Source of the DNA: Candidatus Enterousia sp.
GTDB taxonomy: Bacteria; Pseudomonadota; Alphaproteobacteria; Rs-D84
Length of the DNA stretch: 64,000 nucleotides
Direction: 5' to 3'
Assembly: GCA_045613785.1 (NCBI GenBank)
Contig: JAZLBQ010000007.1
Coordinates: forward strand, 1-64,000
Shown here: in pieces, positions 48,502 through 57,912 of the stretch
Layout of the letters: each line of letters starts with the position of its first letter
Position numbering within the stretch: position 1 is the stretch's first letter
Position numbers and translations under genes: made by a program
Notes under the pieces: model-generated
The model's input: only the letters and a program-made list of their open reading frames with translations
What the model was told of the DNA's origin: nothing
Databases searched by the model: none

Positions 48502-50733
48502 ATGGCAAAGGAAATTATTGAAAATATTGATTATCAGCAGTTGTCGGATGCATTGTCCGAACGCTATTTGTCTTATGCGGTCAGCACGATTGTATCCCGT
48601 GCGTTGCCTGATGTTCGTGATGGGTTAAAGCCGGTTCATCGCCGTATTTTATATTCGATGTTGCGTCAGAAATTGGCACCGAATGCTGCATTTCGTAAAT
48701 GTGCAACGGTGGTTGGTGACGTGTTAGGTCATTATCATCCACACGGCGACGCGTCTGTTTATGATGCAATGGTTCGCTTGGCTCAGGATTTTTCTGTTCG
48801 TTATCCTTTGGTAAACGGGCAGGGGAATTTTGGTAATATTGACGGCGATCCCCAGGCGGCATATCGATACACTGAATCCAAGATGACCGATGCTGCAATG
48901 TTGATTATGGACGGTCTGGACGAAGACAGTGTTGATATGATGCCTAACTTTGATGGCACAACGGTTGAGCCTGTTGTTATGCCTGGGGCGTTTCCGAATT
49001 TGCTGGCCAACGGTGGCATGGGTATTGCAGTTGGTATGGCGACAAATATTCCGACCCACAACGTGGCAGAGGTTTGCGATGCCTTAAACCTGGTAGTGGA
49101 CAAGCCTGATGCAACAACTGCCCAGATTATGAAAAAGATGGTCGGCCCTGATTTTCCGACAGGTGGGGTCCTGATTGACAGTTTTGATACCATTGTAAAA
49201 AATTATGACACAGGCAAGGGTGCATTTCGTATTCGTGCCCGCTGGGAAATCGAGAATCTGGAACGTGGCGGCTGGCAGGTTGTTATAACTGAAATTCCGT
49301 ATGGAATTGTAAAGTCCAAATTAGTTGAACAAATTGCTACATTAGTAGATGCCAAGAAATTGCCATTGGTTGATGATATTGTAGATGAATCAACGACTGA
49401 TATCCGAATTGTCATTACCCCGAAAAGTCGCAATATCCCTGCGGATAAAATGATGGCACACTTGTTTGCGATGACGGATTTGGAATATCGTTTTAATATG
49501 AATTTCAACGTCATAGATTCCAAGGGTGCACCACGTGTAATGCCGATTGGCGATGTTTTGCGTGAATTTGTTGCACATCAAAAAAATGTGCTACAACGTC
49601 GCACAAAATGGCGTTTGAATAATATTGCACGTCGTCTGGAAATCTTGGGTGGATTGCTGGTTGTATATCTGAATCTAGATCGTGTGATTGAGATTATCCG
49701 CAACGAAGACGATGCAAAATCTGTCTTGATGGCTGAATTTGAGTTGTCCGAAATTCAGGTAGAGGCAATATTGAACACACGCCTGCGTTCATTGCGTAAA
49801 CTAGAAGAAATGGAAATAAAGCGTGAAGACGCAGCCTTGCGTGCCGAGCAAGAAAAATTACAAGCATTATTGGCCAGCGAAGAAATCCAAAACGAACAGT
49901 TAAAGGTCTGGTTCAGTGATGTAAAAAAGCAATACGATAAAAAAACTGCACTGGGTCGTCGTCGCACAACATGGGCTGAACAAACCGAAGAAGTGGTTGT
50001 CAACGCAGACGAATTTATCGAAAAAGAACCTTTGACAATTATCTTGTCAACAATGGGCTGGATTCGTGCCGCCAAGGGACATTTGGATCTGAATTCATTG
50101 GATTTAAAGTTCAAAGAAGGTGATGAATTGCAAACCGCATTCCATGCCCAGTCAACCGATAAAATCAATCTGTTTGTTTCATCGGGAAAAATGTTTACAT
50201 TGTCTGCAAATGAATTACCGTCTGCTCGTGGATTTGGTGAATCTGTTCGAATGATGGCAGATATCGGTGCTGACGAAGAAATTGTTCAGGCATTTGTTCT
50301 GGACACTAATGCAAAATATTTGCTGGTTTCACGTCACGGCAATGGATTTATTATATCTGGTGAAAATTGCCTGGCTCAGACCAAGAACGGCAAACAGGTA
50401 ATGAACACAGAACCGAAAAATCCTGCCCATATGTGTGTTGTGGTGTCTGGGGACAGTATTGCAATGTCTGGTTCGAACGACAAGTTGTTGATATTTGCGA
50501 CCGACGAGATTCCAGAAATGACCCGTGGCAAGGGTGTAATACTGCAAAAATATAACGCAGAACGAACATTTGTCTTGGATATAATGTTCTTTGATGCGGC
50601 CGATGGTTTTGGATGGACGACGGGTCGTGGCACGACCAAGATGGAAGATTGGTCGCCATGGCGTGCCAAGCGTGCGTCCCAGGGTCGGACAGTTCCTGTT
50701 GGTTTTCCACGCAGTGGTAAATTCAGTAAATAA
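48502..50733 (+). CDS. parC: DNA topoisomerase IV subunit A
   Basis: RALPDVRDGLKPVHRR, YHPHGDAS, AAYRYTE; short CTD with no GyrA box. Confidence 0.93.
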   Translation: MAKEIIENIDYQQLSDALSERYLSYAVSTIVSRALPDVRDGLKPVHRRILYSMLRQKLAPNAAFRKCATVVGDVLGHYHPHGDASVYDAMVRLAQDFSVRYPLVNGQGNFGNIDGDPQAAYRYTESKMTDAAMLIMDGLDEDSVDMMPNFDGTTVEPVVMPGAFPNLLANGGMGIAVGMATNIPTHNVAEVCDALNLVVDKPDATTAQIMKKMVGPDFPTGGVLIDSFDTIVKNYDTGKGAFRIRARWEIENLERGGWQVVITEIPYGIVKSKLVEQIATLVDAKKLPLVDDIVDESTTDIRIVITPKSRNIPADKMMAHLFAMTDLEYRFNMNFNVIDSKGAPRVMPIGDVLREFVAHQKNVLQRRTKWRLNNIARRLEILGGLLVVYLNLDRVIEIIRNEDDAKSVLMAEFELSEIQVEAILNTRLRSLRKLEEMEIKREDAALRAEQEKLQALLASEEIQNEQLKVWFSDVKKQYDKKTALGRRRTTWAEQTEEVVVNADEFIEKEPLTIILSTMGWIRAAKGHLDLNSLDLKFKEGDELQTAFHAQSTDKINLFVSSGKMFTLSANELPSARGFGESVRMMADIGADEEIVQAFVLDTNAKYLLVSRHGNGFIISGENCLAQTKNGKQVMNTEPKNPAHMCVVVSGDSIAMSGSNDKLLIFATDEIPEMTRGKGVILQKYNAERTFVLDIMFFDAADGFGWTTGRGTTKMEDWSPWRAKRASQGRTVPVGFPRSGKFSK

Positions 50734-50763
50734 AAAATCCCCCGAAAAGGGGGATAATTTTTT

Positions 50764-50848
50764 TGGTGCGGGTAAGGAGACTCGAACTCCTATGGGTTGC
50801 CCCGCTGGAACCTAAATCCAGTGCGTCTACCAATTTCGCCATACCCGC
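50764..50848 (-). tRNA. tRNA-Leu(TAG)
   Basis: 85-nt cloverleaf GCGGGTATGGCGAAATTGGTAGACGC..., anticodon TAG. Confidence 0.96.
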
Positions 50849-50953
50849 AGCGACTAAAAAAATGATTGTTTTTATATTCTATGATAAATTTTACTTGATT
50901 TCCAGTAAAATTTAACCTAAAATCGGTCGCAGAATAATATAAAGGCGAATAAA

Positions 50954-51133
50954 ATGGCATCTAAAAAAGGTAGCAAAGAAGTAGTTCAGTTAAAAAATGC
51001 AGAAACTGGGGTCTTCTACATCACAACCAAGAATACAAAGTCTGAAAATACTCAGGGCAAAATGAAATTCCGCAAGTATGACAAAAAATTGCGTAAACAC
51101 GTAATTTTCACAGAAGCGAAAATGCCTCACTAA
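50954..51133 (+). CDS. rpmG: 50S ribosomal protein L33, Cys-free form (missing from the ORF track)
   Basis: Hand translation MASKKGSKEVVQLKNAETGVFYITTKN...KMKFRKYDKKLRKHVIFTEAK. Confidence 0.92.
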   Translation: MASKKGSKEVVQLKNAETGVFYITTKNTKSENTQGKMKFRKYDKKLRKHVIFTEAKMPH

Positions 51134-51287
51134 TATTTTCACAGACTTATTGGTGATAAAAAATCCTCCGATTGGGGGATTTTTATTTTTTTATAACCCG
51201 AATAAAAAAAATTTGAATAAAATATAAAAAATTGAAAAAAAAGACTTGCATTTATTCCGACAACAGTATAATATATACAACGCCCAA

Positions 51288-51364
51288 GGGGTTGTAGCTC
51301 AGTTGGTTAGAGCGTCTGCCTGTCACGCAGAAGGTCGCGGGTTCGAGCCCCGTCAATCCCGCCA
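51288..51364 (+). tRNA. tRNA-Asp(GTC)
   Basis: 77-nt cloverleaf, anticodon GTC, CCA end. Confidence 0.97.
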
Positions 51365-51568
51365 GGATTCACACCGTCGTCAGACGGTGTTTTTTTTGTA
51401 AAAAAAACGGGGCGAAGAAGCCGCAGGGTTCGGAACGCCAGTTGGCAAGAACAAGTGCCAACGCCGTTCGAGCCTTACGTAGTGAAAAGGGGCCCACCAC
51501 CAAAGTGGTGGGAATTTACAACCCCGTGGTCCCGCCAGGATTCACACCGTCGTCAGACGGTGTTTTTT
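51357..51568 (+). repeat. tRNA-Asp 3' end plus terminator duplicated around a palindromic insert
   Basis: 39-bp identity, 51357-51395 vs 51530-51568. Confidence 0.92.
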
Positions 51569-51634
51569 CTTGTTTATTATTTGAAAAAATGTTTTATAAT
51601 CTTCTTATCGAATATAGAACCAAAAGGAGAAAAT

Positions 51635-52063
51635 ATGAATTTCAAAGGTTTTGCAATTGGTGCATTAGCGTTGGCCTTGATGGGGTGTAATGATAATACA
51701 CAAAATCCAGAAGTCTTAAAGGGATTAAACTTTGTTTCTGCTCAACCGGGTGCAGATATAACAATCGCATTTGATCCAAATGAAATGCGTGTATATGGTG
51801 GTGTTGTAAATCGTTATAACGGTGGTTATACTGCCGATGGCGATAACATTAAATTCGAAGGCTTTGCATCAACAATGATGATGGGTGCACCCGAAGCGAT
51901 GGAAACCGAACAAGAATACTTTGAATTTATGCCAACTGTTGAACGGTATGAATATTCAGAAGGTAAATTGACATTGATTGCGACTGACGGCAAAGAAATA
52001 ATCTTTACCCAGGTTGAAACATTACCGGGCGAAGTTTCCGAAGAACAGCCTCAGGCACAATAA
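51635..52063 (+). CDS. META-domain (HslJ-like) lipoprotein
   Basis: Lipobox LMGC; VNRYNGGY, FASTMM. Confidence 0.85.
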   Translation: MNFKGFAIGALALALMGCNDNTQNPEVLKGLNFVSAQPGADITIAFDPNEMRVYGGVVNRYNGGYTADGDNIKFEGFASTMMMGAPEAMETEQEYFEFMPTVERYEYSEGKLTLIATDGKEIIFTQVETLPGEVSEEQPQAQ

Positions 52064-52094
52064 AAAAATAAAGGCAACAAAAACAAAACGCCAT

Positions 52095-53294
52095 TTAAAT
52101 GGCGTTTTGTTTTATAACTTCATTGACTATTGGTGCAAAATATATATAAATAGCACAACCAACCACCGCCAGCGTCAATAGGGCACAGATTTTCAGGTAT
52201 TGGTCTAAATGGTTTGTCTTTTGTTTTACCCAGTTGATAATATCTTGAATCCAAACACCAATCAACATACCCATAACAACATAGAATAAACCTGTTACAT
52301 ATATTTGTTTGGGATAAAAGAAATACCAGAAATTATGCCAGAATGCATGTTGGTTAAAATGTAAAAACCATCCGAAAAAAAACTGTCCCAGATAATAGAA
52401 AAAGTTTAACAGTGTGAATCCCAGAAAATGGTTAGCCATAATAGAATAAGTGCTATTAGAAACCTTATAGATTGTTGGGCTATTGCCAATAGCCGGGGTC
52501 AGCAGCCGTGCAATTCGTAACCAAAATGCGATTCCCAGTATTCCGCCCGCAAAAGCGATATAAGAATAAGTCCCCCATGCAACAGAACACGTAAAAGTTT
52601 TCCCCATCATAAGTATTAGTGCGATTTTAGTTCCAACGACAATTGCGAAGTATTTCAGGTTTGATAGATTGTCATATTTTTCTAATACGTTTTTATAGTA
52701 AAAACCTATGGCAAAAAATGGGATAAAATATAACAATCTAGCCAAAACCAAGTGATTTTTTGCGACCCCGATTTCAGACATATATGCACCAAACATCCCG
52801 ATTAAAATGCATAAAATCAAGTATATAAATTCGTGTTTAATCAAGTGTCTAGTTATTCGTCTGAACAAGACATAAAATACTTGGGTCATAAACAGTGGGG
52901 CAACAAACCACGTCGCAAGGTTATAATCAAATTGGTGACCGTTTGTTAGTGGTTCTATAAATAGTTTCGACAAGTCAAAAGCATGAGCATAAGTAAATCC
53001 ATTAACGGACAAGAACTGCAAGAGCAATCCATATGCAATGTTGTATAGGTAAAGAGGAATAATTAGAGTTTTAAATTTTTTCCAAATATACAACAAAGGC
53101 CTATCAACATTTTGTTCTTTAAAGAAATATCCCGAACAGAAAACAAAAAGAGCGATGTTAAAAATAAACAGAGGGAAAATTTCATGAAACAAAGAAATGC
53201 CGACACCGTCTGTTATATGAGAAATAATAACCAGAACGATTCCGATTGCATATAAAATTCTGAATTGTAAATTGTCTTTTTTTGTATTATCCAT
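52095..53294 (-). CDS. Acyltransferase-3 family membrane O-acyltransferase
   Basis: GIVLVIISH, FVFCSGYF, TWFV; about 10 TM helices. Confidence 0.85.
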   Translation of the reverse strand: MDNTKKDNLQFRILYAIGIVLVIISHITDGVGISLFHEIFPLFIFNIALFVFCSGYFFKEQNVDRPLLYIWKKFKTLIIPLYLYNIAYGLLLQFLSVNGFTYAHAFDLSKLFIEPLTNGHQFDYNLATWFVAPLFMTQVFYVLFRRITRHLIKHEFIYLILCILIGMFGAYMSEIGVAKNHLVLARLLYFIPFFAIGFYYKNVLEKYDNLSNLKYFAIVVGTKIALILMMGKTFTCSVAWGTYSYIAFAGGILGIAFWLRIARLLTPAIGNSPTIYKVSNSTYSIMANHFLGFTLLNFFYYLGQFFFGWFLHFNQHAFWHNFWYFFYPKQIYVTGLFYVVMGMLIGVWIQDIINWVKQKTNHLDQYLKICALLTLAVVGCAIYIYFAPIVNEVIKQNAI

Positions 53295-53449
53295 ATCTTT
53301 ATTATGATTATAGAGTTTATTATAATAAGATTTCAATCCTAAAATGATGGGGCAGGGGGTAAAAAAGAATAAAATCACAGATAAATACTTGACAATCAAA
53401 TAAAAACTATGTATAATTTGCCAGCGTTCGATATGAACAAGGCAGTTTT

Positions 53450-53525
53450 GGCCCCATCGTCTAGAGGCCTAGGACACCGCCCTTTCAAGGCGAGAACACC
53501 GGTTCGAATCCGGTTGGGGCTGCCA
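53450..53525 (+). tRNA. tRNA-Glu(TTC)
   Basis: 76-nt cloverleaf, anticodon TTC, CCA end. Confidence 0.96.
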
Positions 53526-54795
53526 AAATAAAATGACCATCCTTGCGGTGGTCTTTTTTATTTTGAATCAGCGGTCCCAACCGGATGCGCCCGAGTGCCG
53601 GCAGAAAACGCAGTTTTCGTGGGCGTCGCCCACAGGCACGCATGGCGAATACGCAGATAGATAATTAGCAAACCCGCAAAAACGGATATGTTTAATAGAG
53701 TTTTTGTGTCTAGGTTTGGTTATTGTATATCAAGGGGCGAAGTTGGGGCTGCCAAAATAGATAAAACCGCATTTTTGCGGTTTTTTTTTATTGGTTTTGC
53801 AATACTTTCAGCAGTTCGTAAGTTAGGTGTTGAAAACACATGCCGTTTTGCTGACTTACGAACTTTTAAAAAGAAAAGGTTAGAAATCTAACCTTTTTCT
53901 TTGTTCAAATTTATTGTGGGCATTATTCGTTTTCTGATTGAAACAATCGATTGGCGATAATCTTATTTGTATATTTTTCTTTGATTTTATTTATACCAGC
54001 ATTAAAACCACCTCGTAAATAAAGGTTTTCCATTTGTTGATATGTTTTTATATTGTCATATTCCGATGGCTCTAAAATGGCACTTATTACATAGTCTTTT
54101 TGATTGTGCCCGACTGCATCAATGTTTTCACCAACCTTACAAATGCCATCTATTTGTGCTTTTTCGTAAGTTTTTCCTTTCCCAGGGTCAATCATATGCA
54201 AACCGTCTGATAATTTTATTGAAACAAGTTGATGACCGTCTATCATTTTGCCTGAATTTTTATTTTTAATATCTTCTTTTTTTGCGGTAGCAATAATACT
54301 AAAATCTTTTAATCCAATTTCTTGTGCGTATTTAGAAAACAATTTAGCGCGCCCAGTGCACCCCGCAGCATTATATGGAATTTTTTGTTCGACAATATCA
54401 TCGCCAGATAATGAAAAATTAAAATTTTTATGGTCTGTTATTTCTGGGTGTTGTTCAAAATATTCATCACGAGATATAGCATTTTTCAAAGATGGTTCTA
54501 TATCATGAAAAAAATCATCGATTTTTTGCAGTACAATATTTACTTTTTCAATAATATCTTTATCTGTATTTGTCATAGATGAATTATAGCACGAAATTAA
54601 CAAATTTGCAAAAATACCTTAACTTCTTTCCCAAACATCAACAATTCGTGTATTATATCTGCTCGCAAATTGCACAGATGGGGCTGCCAGAATAGATAAA
54701 ACCGCATTTTTGCGGTTTTTTTATTTGTTTACTTTGCTTTTCTGTGGTTTGTAAGTCAGGCGGTAAAAACTATATCCGTTTTATCGACTTTTAAT
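53513..54795 (+). repeat. Three copies of the tRNA-Glu 3' end, each followed by a terminator; copies 2 and 3 share ~120 bp
   Basis: GTTGGGGCTGCCAAAATA at 53513 and 53742; 53744-53787 vs 54679-54722 match at 43/44; homologous downstream palindromes. Confidence 0.9.
53923..54576 (-). CDS. Transglutaminase-like (Cys-His-Asp) hypothetical protein
   Basis: GCTGRAKLF, GHQ, MIDP; leaderless promoter. Confidence 0.6.
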   Translation of the reverse strand: MTNTDKDIIEKVNIVLQKIDDFFHDIEPSLKNAISRDEYFEQHPEITDHKNFNFSLSGDDIVEQKIPYNAAGCTGRAKLFSKYAQEIGLKDFSIIATAKKEDIKNKNSGKMIDGHQLVSIKLSDGLHMIDPGKGKTYEKAQIDGICKVGENIDAVGHNQKDYVISAILEPSEYDNIKTYQQMENLYLRGGFNAGINKIKEKYTNKIIANRLFQSENE

Positions 54796-54803
54796 CTTTT
54801 CGA

Positions 54804-56186
54804 TTAAAGATATATTTCTTTATCTGTTTTTATGTTTCTGACAAACATTTCATCATGTGATACTAGTAATATAGCACCAGTATATTGATTCAAAGCTTCT
54901 TCTAATATCCCAATGCTTTTGATTTCAAGATTATTAGTTGGTTCGTCCAAAATCAATAAATCTGGTTGATTGTCACCGCCAAGAATTGTCGCTAATGTTG
55001 CTTTTAATAATTCTCCGCCAGATAATGTTCCAACCTTTTGTTGTGATGCGTTTCCACGAAAACCAAAGTTAGCCGCAATCGCATGAGCGTCGTGCTTAAG
55101 ACAATCTGAGATTTCTACGATATTTTCAATGATGGTTTTATTTTTATCTAAGACAGATAAAACTTGATCGACATATGCTATCTTGCCAGATGTTTTAACA
55201 GTTCCAGATTCTGGTTTTAACTCGCCACGAACGATTTTTAACAGTGTAGATTTTCCAGAGCCATTTTTCCCAACTAGTCTTACCCTTGATTTGCCATACA
55301 TGGTAAAATCAAAATCTTTAAATACAGTTTTATCTCCATATGCAAAGCATAAGTCAGATATATTTATCAATTCTTTACTGTAAAAGGATTTGTTGGGTAA
55401 AGGAATTTTTATCGTTTCATTTCGCATTTGTTCAGACAAAGATTGTTGAATCGATATTTGTTCGTTTAATTTCTTTTGAATAATTGCACGCTTTTTTGCT
55501 TCTGTTTCTTGGCTTTTACCTCGAAGAGCATTTGCGGCTATTCGGCTTCGTTTAGAATTGTCGATTTCTTTATGTTGTTTGAATTCATGGTGTTGTCTTG
55601 TATTTTGGGCAATATTTATTGTATTATTCAATCTAGCAATAGATTTTTGAGCGTTAGTATATTTGGAATATATATTGTCTTGCTCTATTCTTTTTTGTTC
55701 TAGATAGAAATCATAATTACCGCTATAGACTTTTAATTGTCCATTATGTATTTCAATTATTTTTTCCATTTGTTGTAAAAGTTCCCTGTCGTGTGAAACG
55801 ATAGCGACCCCGTGCGGATATGTGTTCAAACGGTCAAAAAATATCTGTTTTGCATCTGTGTCTAAATTATTAGTTGGTTCGTCCAACAGTAAAACATCTG
55901 CGTTAGATTCAAAAGCCCGCATAAGTGCAAACATTTGTTGTTCGCCACCACTTTTGGAATCTGATACATTTATTTGATTCAACAGGTAAACATTTGCATT
56001 TTTGTGAACTGTGCCAGAATCAGGCAATAAATCCCCACTCAACAACCGTAGTAGGGTTGTTTTTCCCGAACCATTATCGCCAATAATTGCCACGTGTTCT
56101 TTGTCATTAAACACGACAGAAATACCGTTCAATAAATTATTATTGTTGTATCCGAAAATACACTTTGATAAAGAAATTAAAGCCAT
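54804..56186 (-). CDS. ABC-F family ATPase, candidate ribosome-protection protein
   Basis: Two NBDs (GDNGSGKT, GKNGSGKS; SGGE; LDEPTNNL; VSHD), helical linker, no TM segments. Confidence 0.88.
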   Translation of the reverse strand: MALISLSKCIFGYNNNNLLNGISVVFNDKEHVAIIGDNGSGKTTLLRLLSGDLLPDSGTVHKNANVYLLNQINVSDSKSGGEQQMFALMRAFESNADVLLLDEPTNNLDTDAKQIFFDRLNTYPHGVAIVSHDRELLQQMEKIIEIHNGQLKVYSGNYDFYLEQKRIEQDNIYSKYTNAQKSIARLNNTINIAQNTRQHHEFKQHKEIDNSKRSRIAANALRGKSQETEAKKRAIIQKKLNEQISIQQSLSEQMRNETIKIPLPNKSFYSKELINISDLCFAYGDKTVFKDFDFTMYGKSRVRLVGKNGSGKSTLLKIVRGELKPESGTVKTSGKIAYVDQVLSVLDKNKTIIENIVEISDCLKHDAHAIAANFGFRGNASQQKVGTLSGGELLKATLATILGGDNQPDLLILDEPTNNLEIKSIGILEEALNQYTGAILLVSHDEMFVRNIKTDKEIYL

Positions 56187-56187
56187 A

Positions 56188-56282
56188 ATAAAACCCTTAT
56201 ATTGCAATCGAGTAGACACATATTTCTATGTGCGATTTATCAAAAATTACAATATTACATACACATCGGGTTTTATCCTTTG
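56188..56282 (-). promoter_or_regulatory. Putative translational attenuator with uORF MCM*
   Basis: AAAGGA...ATG TGT ATG TAA (56266-56255); 9-bp inverted repeat 56188-56196/56268-56276 pairing the two RBS regions. Confidence 0.55.
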
Positions 56283-56384
56283 TTTATATTACACACACAA
56301 ATTGTATTACAAATATTGGTAAAATCAAGCTTTTTCTCTAAAAACACCTTATTGTCTTTTGCAAATAGCAACGAGTTATTTTAT

Positions 56385-57128
56385 CTACTGTATTTCAATT
56401 TGGTCTATATCGACCAGCAGCCGATTTATCTCACGGCAAAGGTGTTCAAACTCTGGCTTTTTCTGATATGTGTATTCGTCCATATACAGGCTACGCTTTA
56501 TTTCAATCATAAATGAAATAACATTGGGATTATTTTTATAATAGCGTCCAGGGACGATTGAGCCTGCAAAAGGTTCGTTTACTCCATATGACCAGCCATT
56601 TCGCACACAGAAATCTGCTATCTTGTCAAAAATTATCTTGTTGTAGTGAGGATGTTCATAACCAATGCAAATATCTGGCTGCTTGTCAGTTTGTAGGCCT
56701 ATGCGATAGCTAGAAGGATAACTGTGCAAATCAATTATGATTGCATGATTATTGCAGGCCAGTGATTTATGTGTAATTGATTCTAATAAATTATGATGTG
56801 GGTAATAAAATTTATCCAGTAATTCCTGTCGTAGTTTTGCATCAGGGCTATGTTTAATAATTTTCCCAGAACAAGAGTGAGTATATATAACCCCCATACC
56901 ATATTGGCTAGCAGGTTCATCTTGGTCATCAACAAATCGTTCTGTATCAACGACTAGTCTGGATATTGGGGCGACCAGTTTGATAAATCTGGGATTGTCA
57001 AAGACCATTTCATCGGTATAAAGATCCGCCAGTTTATAGGCTTCGCTAGTTGCTTCTTCTATATCGCAAATGAACAAGTCTTGAAAATCGAGTTTTACAG
57101 ACGAATGAGGAATATTTACTATAATCAT
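56385..57128 (-). CDS. N-formylglutamate amidohydrolase family protein
   Basis: IPHSS, DLYTD, SRLVVDTER, YYPHH, IDLHSY, NEPFAG, IEIKR. Confidence 0.9.
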   Translation of the reverse strand: MIIVNIPHSSVKLDFQDLFICDIEEATSEAYKLADLYTDEMVFDNPRFIKLVAPISRLVVDTERFVDDQDEPASQYGMGVIYTHSCSGKIIKHSPDAKLRQELLDKFYYPHHNLLESITHKSLACNNHAIIIDLHSYPSSYRIGLQTDKQPDICIGYEHPHYNKIIFDKIADFCVRNGWSYGVNEPFAGSIVPGRYYKNNPNVISFMIEIKRSLYMDEYTYQKKPEFEHLCREINRLLVDIDQIEIQ

Positions 57129-57321
57129 ATGATTGTCCTTGTTTGACTTTACTAGTTTATCATCTCTTTTTACTGTTGCAAGATTTGTTCGTTTAAATAT
57201 TCTTATCTGGTTGATTTTTTTGTGTTTTTCTGGTATAATAGACCATACAAAGCGGACGGTTTTTTGCCGTCTTTTTTATCCCTGCCAAGGCAGGGCTTTT
57301 TTATTACCCAAGGATTTTATA

Positions 57322-57825
57322 ATGATAATAAGCAACAAAGGAATAGAATTGTTAAAGTGCCTAGAGGGAGCGGTCAAAGTCCACGGCCGACACGTTATAT
57401 ACGACGATGCAACAGGTCGTCCAATTTGTCCAGGGGGCATATTGCCACCTGGTGCAACAATCGGTTATGGGCATCTGATAACGCCCGAGCAAGATTTTTC
57501 AGACGGCATAACAGAAGAGGTCGCAACAGAATTGCTGCGTTCAGATATTGCACAAGCAGAGCAAGTGGTTCAAGAAAGTGTCAAAATTCATTTAATGCAA
57601 AATCAGTATGATGCGCTGGTATTACTGGTGTTTAACATTGGTGGTGGAAACTTTCGAAAATCAACTGTTTTGAGATATATAAATAATCCGAAATATCGCA
57701 GTGTAAAATACCCAACGTTGTCTGATGCGTGGCTGGCGTGGAATCGGTGTCGTGGTCAGGTTGTGCCAGGGTTGACCAGACGCAGGCAGTGTGAACTGAA
57801 TATTTATTATGGAAAACAGAACTAA
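57322..57825 (+). CDS. GH24 phage-type lysozyme
   Basis: GIELLKCLEG, TIGYGH, QNQYDALV..VFNIG, GLTRRRQCE. Confidence 0.92.
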   Translation: MIISNKGIELLKCLEGAVKVHGRHVIYDDATGRPICPGGILPPGATIGYGHLITPEQDFSDGITEEVATELLRSDIAQAEQVVQESVKIHLMQNQYDALVLLVFNIGGGNFRKSTVLRYINNPKYRSVKYPTLSDAWLAWNRCRGQVVPGLTRRRQCELNIYYGKQN

Positions 57826-57912
57826 GTTCTTGTGATTTATGGTTGACAAAATTCGGTTATGTCCTATAATGTAAGTGTGTAAATAATCATATAAACTAAC
57901 GGAAAAGGCATA

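Noticed and set aside
51442-51690. ORF 51442-51690 and the N-terminal extension of 51455-52063
   Set aside because: They run through the palindromic tRNA-linked repeat; the real gene starts at 51635 with an AAGGAG RBS and a lipobox.
53742-54690. IS1595/IS1016-type GGGGCTG terminal repeats
   Set aside because: The copies are direct, match the tRNA-Glu 3' end, and there is no transposase.
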